IMG/VR virus record: IMGVR_UViG_3300032326_001134
Span: 51,111 to 115,110 of that record
Origin: a virus
DNA length: 64,000 nucleotides
Reading direction: 5' to 3' (one strand)
A program made the translations under genes and the position numbers. Below, one piece after another: positions 57,455-64,000 of the stretch. The number at the start of each line of letters is the position of its first letter. Position 1 is the stretch's first letter. The notes below the pieces were generated by a model that made no database searches, was not told the origin of the DNA, and worked only from the letters and a program-made list of their open reading frames with translations.

Positions 57455-58887
57455 TAATATTAGGTATAAACGAAACCTCCCACGATGCATCAGTATCTTT
57501 AATTAAAGATGGAGACATATTGTTTGCTGGACATGCAGAAAGATATAGTAAACAAAAAAATGATTGGTACATTAATGACAGCCTGATTGAGGATGCTTTA
57601 TCATACGGGGTACCTAATGCTATAGCTTACTATGAGAAACCGCTTCTAAAGGCCTCCAGGCTATTTTTAAAGGGTGGTTCTGGTGACTGGAAGCCACAGT
57701 TTAATATAGAAGGAATCCCTAGAAAATCATTTAATCATCATTATTCTCATGCATGCGCTGGTTACTATACTAGCAAATTTACAGATGCAGCAATAGTAGT
57801 TCTAGATGCAATGGGAGAATATAACACTTCAACTATTTGGGTAGGAGAGGGTGAAAAAATTAAATTAAAATTTAAGCAAAACTACCCAGTAAGCTTTGGA
57901 CTTTTTTATTCTGCATTTACTAAATTAATAGGACTTATGCCAAATCAAGAAGAATATATTATGATGGGTATGGCAGCCTATGGAGATTGGGAAAGATACT
58001 ATAAAGAAGTAGACTCATACTTTCCAAAATACTATGATCAGTCATATAATTTTCATAAAGGAATAACAGATTGGGGAATTCCAATTAATGAAAAAGATAG
58101 GTTTGACATAGCAGCAGCCGCTCAGGTTGTATATGAACAAAGGCTAATTGATTTTATGCAAATGGCAAAGAAATTAACTGGAAAAACAAATCTTGTTTTT
58201 ATGGGCGGATGTGCTTTAAACTCATCTGCTAACACATTGCTTTGGAAAATATTTAAAGATATTTGGATTATGCCAAATCCAGGTGACGCTGGATCATCTT
58301 TGGGTGCAGCAGCAGCTCTATACGGTAAACACATTAACTGGAAAAATCCTTATTTAGGTTATGATATGGGTGGAGAGTATCCTGTAAATCAAATACTTGA
58401 AGAACTAAAAACTAATAAAATAGCAGCAGTTGCAACAGGCAGAGCAGAATACGGACCAAGAGCTCTTGGAAATAGAAGTATTTTAGCAGACCCCAGGGAT
58501 CCAAACATTAAAGATAAAGTTAATACAATTAAACAAAGAGAGCAGTTTAGACCGTTTGCTCCAGTAGTACTTGAAGAGTTTGCAAGCGAGTGGTTTGATA
58601 TGGATTTTGCATCACCATATATGCAGTATACAGTCAAATGTAAACAGCCAGAAAAGATACCTTCAGTTGTACATAAAGATGGAACTTCTAGAGTTCAAAC
58701 AGTAAACAAAGAACAACACCCAGGACTACACATGCTTTTAAGAAAATGGTATTGGGATACAGGTTGCCCAGTTCTTTTAAATACAAGTTTGAATATAAAA
58801 GGACAGCCTTTGCTAAATGATGAAACCGATTCGGTAAAATGGAAAGATTATTATAATTATAGTATAATTGGGTTACAGAATGTTTAA
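57451..58887 (+). CDS. Carbamoyltransferase (NodU/CmcH/TobZ family)
   Basis: HDASVSL, ERYS, HHYSHA, GGCALN, GDAG, EYGPRALGNRSILADP, REQFRPFAP, HKDGTSRVQTV, LNTSLN. Confidence 0.95.
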   Translation: MIILGINETSHDASVSLIKDGDILFAGHAERYSKQKNDWYINDSLIEDALSYGVPNAIAYYEKPLLKASRLFLKGGSGDWKPQFNIEGIPRKSFNHHYSHACAGYYTSKFTDAAIVVLDAMGEYNTSTIWVGEGEKIKLKFKQNYPVSFGLFYSAFTKLIGLMPNQEEYIMMGMAAYGDWERYYKEVDSYFPKYYDQSYNFHKGITDWGIPINEKDRFDIAAAAQVVYEQRLIDFMQMAKKLTGKTNLVFMGGCALNSSANTLLWKIFKDIWIMPNPGDAGSSLGAAAALYGKHINWKNPYLGYDMGGEYPVNQILEELKTNKIAAVATGRAEYGPRALGNRSILADPRDPNIKDKVNTIKQREQFRPFAPVVLEEFASEWFDMDFASPYMQYTVKCKQPEKIPSVVHKDGTSRVQTVNKEQHPGLHMLLRKWYWDTGCPVLLNTSLNIKGQPLLNDETDSVKWKDYYNYSIIGLQNV

Positions 58888-59785
58888 TAAAAATAATACA
58901 AAGGACGATGTAATTTTAAATGAATATCTTGATGATTATTTTATAACTGGGACAACTTTTACAAAAAGAAAAAGTAAGTTTGCAAACAAGTATGAAAAAC
59001 AAAACGAGTATGTCATAACGGATCATGTTTATGGAAAAGATCTGGTAGTCGGCCCAGATATTACATATAAAATTAATAAATATGGATTTAGATCTCAACA
59101 CTTTGATAATTTTAATAAAAATCAAAAAAACATACTAATAGCTGGGTGCTCCGTTTCTTTTGGAATCGGCATACCAGAAGATTTTATTTGGTATAAAGAA
59201 ATGATAAAGAATATTGAATTTGACGAATACTATAATATATCTTCTCTTGGAGCCTCAACTAGATTAATAGTAAAAAATATTCTAACATTTATAAGAAAAA
59301 ATGGAAAGCCTGATTATATTTTTGCAATATTCCCAAATTTTTCAAGGGACCTACAGTTTGACCAATACTCCAAAGAGTTTCAAAATTGCATTGTAAATAA
59401 GCTTTTCCCTACTGCTCCAAAAGAATATATGACAAACAACCTGTATGTAAAAAATTATCAATACGAATATTCTGTTTTCACATATGTGGACTATATAAGA
59501 ATTTTAGAGGACGTATGCAAATACTTAGACATAAAATTAATTTGGTCAACATGGGACATTGAGGCAAAATCTATATTAAGTAAATTAAATTTTAAATACT
59601 ATTTTGATTTAGACTCCAGTTTTTCATTTAAAGGGATAGATACAGATTTTAAAATCACAAAAAATATAAACAATTTGCCATATTGGGAAATTGCAAAAGA
59701 TGGTAGCCACCCAGGAGCCTGTTGGAACACCTTGCTGGGTAAAGAATTCTACAATGAATTTTTAAGGAGGGGTTATGATCATTAG
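58880..59785 (+). CDS. SGNH/GDSL-like hydrolase or acyltransferase 2
   Basis: INKYGFR, IAGCSVSFGIG, NISSLGAS, DGSHPG. Confidence 0.7.
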   Translation: MFNKNNTKDDVILNEYLDDYFITGTTFTKRKSKFANKYEKQNEYVITDHVYGKDLVVGPDITYKINKYGFRSQHFDNFNKNQKNILIAGCSVSFGIGIPEDFIWYKEMIKNIEFDEYYNISSLGASTRLIVKNILTFIRKNGKPDYIFAIFPNFSRDLQFDQYSKEFQNCIVNKLFPTAPKEYMTNNLYVKNYQYEYSVFTYVDYIRILEDVCKYLDIKLIWSTWDIEAKSILSKLNFKYYFDLDSSFSFKGIDTDFKITKNINNLPYWEIAKDGSHPGACWNTLLGKEFYNEFLRRGYDH

Positions 59786-59864
59786 AATAAAAATTTTATT
59801 TTTTATGATAATTCATCCAATAAAATACAAAAAAATAAAAAAATTTAAAAAATATATTTATTAA
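59775..59864 (+). CDS. Small basic peptide (29 aa)
   Basis: AAGGAGG SD; MIIRIKILFFMIIHPIKYKKIKKFKKYIY. Confidence 0.55.
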   Translation: MIIRIKILFFMIIHPIKYKKIKKFKKYIY

Positions 59865-59871
59865 TAGATTA

Positions 59872-59901
59872 TTGACATAACTAGGCCACCCTATGTATAA
59901 T
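59872..59901 (+). promoter_or_regulatory. Promoter TTGACA-18-TATAAT driving the tRNA
   Basis: Perfect boxes 9 nt upstream of the tRNA 5' end. Confidence 0.7.
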
Positions 59902-59910
59902 ATATACAAG

Positions 59911-59984
59911 GTAACAGTAGCTTAGTCGGTTAAAGCCCCGAACTCATAATTCGGTAATCGTAGGTTCGAGTCCTACCTGTTGCA
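59911..59984 (+). tRNA. tRNA with CAU anticodon (Ile2 or elongator Met; not initiator)
   Basis: Acceptor GTAACAG/CTGTTGC, D stem GCTT/AAGC, anticodon arm CCGAA-CTCATAA-TTCGG, T arm GTAGG-TTCGAGT-CCTAC. Confidence 0.88.
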
Positions 59985-59995
59985 CAAGGAGAAAA

Positions 59996-60304
59996 ATGGA
60001 AGAAGATGAGTTCGAAAGAGATCTAGATTACTACATGGAAATTGGCGCTGTTGAATTTTCTGGCGTAGACGAATATGGCGAAATTATTTTTAAAATTACT
60101 GACGAGGCAGAGCATCTTGTACCAGAGCTTTGGCAAGCTCATAAAGATTATATAGATCAAACTCTATTAGATTTATATGAAAAGGATTTAATTTCTGTTG
60201 AGTATAATGAAAACCTTGAGGCTACAATTACCCTAACAGAAGAAGCTAAAAAAATAGCACGACAACATGGAATGATTGAGGTTGAAAATGAAGAAGATAG
60301 ATAG
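59996..60304 (+). CDS. Acidic hypothetical protein
   Basis: AAGGAG SD; 102 aa. Confidence 0.7.
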   Translation: MEEDEFERDLDYYMEIGAVEFSGVDEYGEIIFKITDEAEHLVPELWQAHKDYIDQTLLDLYEKDLISVEYNENLEATITLTEEAKKIARQHGMIEVENEEDR

Positions 60305-61280
60305 CATGAAAATATATGAAAAAAGAAATTTTAAAAGATACTTTTATGATGGATTGATCCCATATGAAGCTCCAAACTCTTCTTATCATAGACAAAATTT
60401 TGAAATAAGAATCGGAGTCCCAGAAGATTTAAGTCATTTGTACAAATACAACTCTGATGGATATAGGTCAGACGACTTTAAAAATATTGGCGAGATTCAT
60501 GAAGGAAAGCATGTGTTATTTGCAGGATGCTCCGAAACCGAAGGCGTCGGAAATAAGTTAGAAAATATTTGGGCAAACATAGTTTATCAAAAAATAACAG
60601 AAACAGAAAAATGTTCTGGATTTTTTAATATTGGATCTAAGGGGTTCAGTATAGACCTTATATTCGAGCAAGTTTTATCTTATATTGAAAAATGTGGAAA
60701 GCCAGAAGTACTATTTATAAATTTCCCAGATCTTTTTAAATTTTATGTTTGGGATGAAAGATTGCAATCCTGGGCAGCTAAAATTGGAGTAGAGTCAGTA
60801 TCTTCTTACAATATGTTCGATAAGATTTATTTAAAAGATTTTAAATCTAGCATAGAAGGCGAAGACTCTTTGCTAGTAGAAGACATAATGAATGAGTATA
60901 TTAAAAGATTTACAAGCTCAATAAACGGAGTATACTTTGTGCCAGAGTCAATGTCCGAAGAGAAATATGCAGAGTCGGTAATTAATGGGTTTAGATATTT
61001 TCATTTAATGGAAAAACTTTGTAGAGTGCTTGGAATAGAATTATTTTGGGGAACATGGGATAGATACTGTGCAATAAGCGCAGAAAATAGTGAAATATTT
61101 AATAACTACACAAACATAGGAAACACCAAAGATTTTTACGAGTGGGCAGATAAAAATGGCTACACCGTAAAAGATTTAGTAGCAAGAGATAATTTTCACG
61201 GTGGAATTGCTTATCATAATTACTGGGCAGAGAAGCTATTTGCATCATACAAAAATGATCTCAATAAAAAAATGGTATAA
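60288..61280 (+). CDS. SGNH/GDSL-like hydrolase or acyltransferase 3
   Basis: YNSDGYR, FAGCSETEGVG, NIGSKGFS, RDNFH. Confidence 0.7.
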   Translation: MKKIDSMKIYEKRNFKRYFYDGLIPYEAPNSSYHRQNFEIRIGVPEDLSHLYKYNSDGYRSDDFKNIGEIHEGKHVLFAGCSETEGVGNKLENIWANIVYQKITETEKCSGFFNIGSKGFSIDLIFEQVLSYIEKCGKPEVLFINFPDLFKFYVWDERLQSWAAKIGVESVSSYNMFDKIYLKDFKSSIEGEDSLLVEDIMNEYIKRFTSSINGVYFVPESMSEEKYAESVINGFRYFHLMEKLCRVLGIELFWGTWDRYCAISAENSEIFNNYTNIGNTKDFYEWADKNGYTVKDLVARDNFHGGIAYHNYWAEKLFASYKNDLNKKMV

Positions 61281-61281
61281 T
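61273..61281 (+). promoter_or_regulatory. Extended -10 promoter (TGGTATAAT) for hsp20
   Basis: TG-n-TATAAT just before the structured leader. Confidence 0.6.
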
Positions 61282-61288
61282 TATATAC

Positions 61289-61342
61289 AGGTCGCCGAAT
61301 GGGGCCTAATTTAACTTATTCGCTTGAAGGAGGAATAAAATG
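61289..61342 (+). promoter_or_regulatory. ROSE-like RNA thermometer in the hsp20 5' UTR
   Basis: Two hairpins; UUAUUC-G-CUU pairs with GAG-GAAUAA, so the UCGCU motif with a bulged G sits opposite the SD. Confidence 0.65.
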
Positions 61343-61747
61343 GTAACAAAACTTGCTATGGATCTTTTTAATGATCCATTTTTTATTGGATGGGATACTA
61401 ATTTTGCAAAAATGCAATCTTCAAACTCTAACTATCCAATTTATGATCTAGTTAAATTCGATAACGGTGCTTATGGCATTAGTTTGGCAATTGCTGGATT
61501 TCAACGTGAAGACATAAGTGTTTATGTTGAAAATAATAATTTGGTAATCAAAGGTGAGCTACACGGAGAACACTGGGATGGAGAATATATCCACGAAGGT
61601 ATTGCCAAAAGAAACTTCGAAAGGTCATTTTCATTAGGAGAGTATATGGAAGTTGATAACGCTGAAATGAAAGACGGCATGCTTCATATACACATTAGAA
61701 AAAATGTCCCAGAAGAGAAAAAGCCTAAAACAATTAAAGTAAAGTAA
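61340..61747 (+). CDS. Small heat shock protein (Hsp20/IbpA-like)
   Basis: NYPIYDL, LAIAGF, YIHEGIAKRNFERSFSL, MKDGML, PEEKKPKTI. Confidence 0.93.
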   Translation: MVTKLAMDLFNDPFFIGWDTNFAKMQSSNSNYPIYDLVKFDNGAYGISLAIAGFQREDISVYVENNNLVIKGELHGEHWDGEYIHEGIAKRNFERSFSLGEYMEVDNAEMKDGMLHIHIRKNVPEEKKPKTIKVK

Positions 61748-61758
61748 GATATAATAGA

Positions 61759-61890
61759 AGTCTGCACCCCGTCACTGGGGAGTCGCAGACTATTCGGGTC
61801 GCTACCCGAAGGATAGTCGGGGGAGACAGCGACTATAAACAACTGGCATACACCTGAGCAAGTGTATAAACTGCTCCTTAACAAAGGATT
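61759..61890 (+). ncRNA. Candidate structured RNA (three hairpins plus H-type pseudoknot) upstream of fmdB
   Basis: GC-rich island after TATAAT 61750-61755. Stems: AGTCTGC/GCAGACT, TTCGGGT/ACCCGAA, ATAGTCG/CGACTAT, ATACAC/GTGTAT with loop GAGCA pairing to TGCTC. Confidence 0.55.
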
Positions 61891-61893
61891 ATA

Positions 61894-62076
61894 ATGCCAA
61901 CATATGAATACTCTTGCATAGAGTGTGATTTAACAAAAGAAGTCAACAGACCGATTGCAGAAGCAGACCGTATAGAGGTTTGTAAAAAATGTGGGTACGT
62001 AATGAATAAAGTTTATCATTCTTTTGGAATACAGTTTAAAGGAAGCGGCTTCTACAAAACAGATAATTCTAAGTAA
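61894..62076 (+). CDS. FmdB-family zinc-ribbon protein
   Basis: MPTYEYSCIEC...CKKCG...GIQFKGSGFYKTD. Confidence 0.88.
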   Translation: MPTYEYSCIECDLTKEVNRPIAEADRIEVCKKCGYVMNKVYHSFGIQFKGSGFYKTDNSK

Positions 62077-62101
62077 CTAAAACTATTTAAATAGATATAC
62101 A

Positions 62102-62135
62102 TGATATAATCTCTATGTAACAAAAATTTTGTTAC
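62102..62135 (+). promoter_or_regulatory. Extended -10 (TGATATAAT) followed by the operator-like palindrome GTAACAAAA-A-TTTTGTTAC
   Basis: Perfect 9-bp inverted repeat 62117-62135 at the expected start site. Confidence 0.6.
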
Positions 62136-62147
62136 TTGGAGATCCAA

Positions 62148-64000
62148 TTGCATAGAAAGTTAAAACTATTTTTAGCTAGCCTTTTTGTAACAGGTTGGCT
62201 ATTTTTTATTGGTCCAAGTTACGCATGGGCAACAGAGCAAGGCGGACAAGAACAGGTAATAGTAAGCCCAGCTCAACAAGCAGTTAACGAAGCACTTGCA
62301 ACTGCCACTACAGAGGTACAGCAGGCTAATACAGCCACAAACAATGCCACAGTAGAGATAACACAGGCACAAACCGAATATTCTCAAGCTCAAGGAATTA
62401 CGGCAGAGGTAGCTACAAAAATATCTTTAGCTAATGCAGAAATCAATAATGTGCAGTCTGCTATTAATACTGTTAGCAGTGTTGACCTATCTGCTACACC
62501 AATAGATCAAAGTTCTCAGGTAGTTCAAGATGCAAAAGCTACAGTAGCTACTGCAACTACCGCTATAAATAATATAGCAACACAAATAACAGAGGCCCAG
62601 ACAGCAATATCTGAAGCCGTAGTTGCAAAAACAGAAGCAGTTACAGCACAAGCAACTGCACAAACAGAATTAACACAGGCAAACCTTGCTATTGATGCTG
62701 CTCAAACAGCAGTCAATAATTTACAAGCTACTATTGGAACTAGCACAAATGTTTTGGCTGGAGTAGATGATGCTGGTGTTCAAATGAATCTTCCGTTCGG
62801 AATGCAAATGGGTGGAACTGTTTACAACAATGTATTCGTTGGATCAAATGCAACAATAACATTTGGAACAAATGAAGGATGGGTTTATCATACAACTCCA
62901 GGAGCACCTTCAGTATCTATTGCTGGATGGGACTGGACTACTTGGAGTACAGGAACTGGAATTACATATTCAACCACTGGAACAAGTTTAGATATTGCTT
63001 GGGATTTAAGACCATTTCCACAACAAGATGCTTCTACTCAAATGGTTCAGGTAAGATTTAATGCTGATGTAAATCCAAATAATGGTGCATGGATGGCAAA
63101 TGTAACTGCTAATGGACCAATACCAGATCAAGCGAGATTTAATGTTAGAGAAACAACTAACGGCGCACTCATTCCAATTACAGATACTAATGTTGGAGCA
63201 GGTTTTGCTGGACAAATAAGCCAAGGTGCAGCATTTACTCCGTATGTAGACCCAAATACAAAAACAGTTCAGGCAGCGGTTGACTCAGCAAATGCAACTA
63301 TTGCACAATTAAACTCAAGCCTTACTCCAGTAGTTGCTCAAAATACTACAAACACATCTAATATAAATGCTATTAATACTACATCTTTAACCAATACGGT
63401 AAACTCAGCGGTATCAACAAAGACATCTCTTGAGTCATCATTAAATACTAAATCAAGTCAATTAGTTACTGCAATTAATAACAATATTCCTACACCTGCA
63501 CCAGTACTTGCAGAGCCAATTGTTGAAGGAACTACAGTAACAATTGTTCCTGAACTACCAACAGGATATACAGCAAATACTTGGTTTTATCAGGTAATAA
63601 CAGATGATCCAGACGCAGAAAATCCTTATGCTAATGGAACATATAATACAGACGGAGCTCCAGAGTCTATTGAATTAACTGGATTAACAGAAGGAGCTAC
63701 ATATACAATTAGAGTTGCAAACTGGTCTGGACCTGTTAGTAATTATACTGAAACAATAATTTCTATTCCAGTAACACAAAGTTCAAATTTAACTGGTGGA
63801 GGAGTAGCAGAACCACCAGCAGCAGAACCACCAGCTGAAGAACCTCCTGCTGAAGAACCTCCTGCTGAAGAACCACCAGCAGAGGAGCCACCTGCTGAAG
63901 AACCTCCTGCTGAAGAACCTCCTGCTGAAGAACCTCCTGCTGAAGAACCTCCTGCTGAAGAACCTCCTGCTGAAGAACCTCCTGCTGAAGAACCTCCTGC
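62148..64000 (+). CDS. 3'-truncated secreted stalk protein: signal peptide, Ala/Thr/Gln coiled coil, NIDO-like head, return helix, FN3, (EEPPA)n
   Basis: TTG start with GGAG SD; MHRKLKLFLASLFVTGWLFFIGPSYAWA; DDAGVQMNLPF...VFVGSNATITFG; LTGLTEGATYTIRVAN; frame open to the window end, so absent from the ORF track. Confidence 0.85.
   Translation, partial: MHRKLKLFLASLFVTGWLFFIGPSYAWATEQGGQEQVIVSPAQQAVNEALATATTEVQQANTATNNATVEITQAQTEYSQAQGITAEVATKISLANAEINNVQSAINTVSSVDLSATPIDQSSQVVQDAKATVATATTAINNIATQITEAQTAISEAVVAKTEAVTAQATAQTELTQANLAIDAAQTAVNNLQATIGTSTNVLAGVDDAGVQMNLPFGMQMGGTVYNNVFVGSNATITFGTNEGWVYHTTPGAPSVSIAGWDWTTWSTGTGITYSTTGTSLDIAWDLRPFPQQDASTQMVQVRFNADVNPNNGAWMANVTANGPIPDQARFNVRETTNGALIPITDTNVGAGFAGQISQGAAFTPYVDPNTKTVQAAVDSANATIAQLNSSLTPVVAQNTTNTSNINAINTTSLTNTVNSAVSTKTSLESSLNTKSSQLVTAINNNIPTPAPVLAEPIVEGTTVTIVPELPTGYTANTWFYQVITDDPDAENPYANGTYNTDGAPESIELTGLTEGATYTIRVANWSGPVSNYTETIISIPVTQSSNLTGGGVAEPPAAEPPAEEPPAEEPPAEEPPAEEPPAEEPPAEEPPAEEPPAEEPPAEEPPAEEPPAEEPP
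63807..64000 (+). repeat. 15-bp coding tandem repeat, about 13 units (GAAGAACCTCCTGCT; EEPPA)
   Basis: Units read directly from sequence. Four of the first six units are variants; units from 63897 are identical; runs off the window. Confidence 0.97.

Noticed and set aside
61759-61890. Cobalamin riboswitch, hammerhead/HDV-like ribozyme or tRNA
   Set aside because: No B12 box, no CUGAnGA/GAAA core, no convincing nested double pseudoknot, and no T-loop or cloverleaf. Kept as an unknown structured RNA.
1509-63224. All minus-strand ORFs in the track, and short + strand ORFs nested out of frame (e.g. 3270, 20704, 42544, 44302, 46556, 46893, 62879)
   Set aside because: They are shadows of well-supported + strand genes, with no SD, no motifs and antisense-type composition.
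63807-64000. Tandem repeat as a CRISPR array or non-coding satellite
   Set aside because: There are no spacers, and the 15-bp unit is in frame with synonymous variants, so it is coding.
1-64000. Stop-codon reassignment
   Set aside because: Genes are full length in the standard code, TAA, TAG and TGA all end genes at sensible places, and there is no suppressor tRNA.
1-64000. Lysis cassette, integrase, ribonucleotide reductase, reverse transcriptase/DGR
   Set aside because: No recognisable motifs in this window. They may lie elsewhere in the genome.

Overview
This window is 64 kb of an AT-rich, large tailed dsDNA phage (siphovirus type), with every credible gene on the + strand. Gene content and order resemble large actinobacteriophages: HK97-fold capsid, long tape measure, DnaE, DnaB, primase, RecA, Cas4-like nuclease, RuvC, and a terminase far from the portal. 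Leaderless genes, an FmdB-type Zn-ribbon gene and a short-arm tRNA-Leu(UAA) fit an actinobacterial host, possibly a low-GC freshwater one; the host assignment is inference. Layout: 1-6.4 kb modification island (2OG-Fe(II) oxygenases, dUTPase-like beta proteins, GT60-like, SDR); 6.4-36.5 kb head, tail and fibre genes with a GT60 transferase; 36.6-51.5 kb replication and recombination genes with an inserted putative vitamin B12 module; 51.5-61.3 kb GT25, methyltransferase, terminase, Qor, carbamoyltransferase and three SGNH-like genes; 61.3-64 kb Hsp20 with a ROSE-like thermometer, an unexplained structured RNA before fmdB, and a truncated secreted stalk protein ending in (EEPPA)n. The best candidates for an undescribed system are (1) a phage B12 capture/activation operon (exported DUF4430-like protein, TM peptide, PduO), (2) a prolyl-hydroxylase/GT60 hydroxyproline-glycosylation pathway with pseudoenzyme paralogs and a Pro-rich candidate substrate, and (3) a switch-like structured RNA upstream of fmdB. 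All family assignments come from motif recognition by eye, not from database searches.
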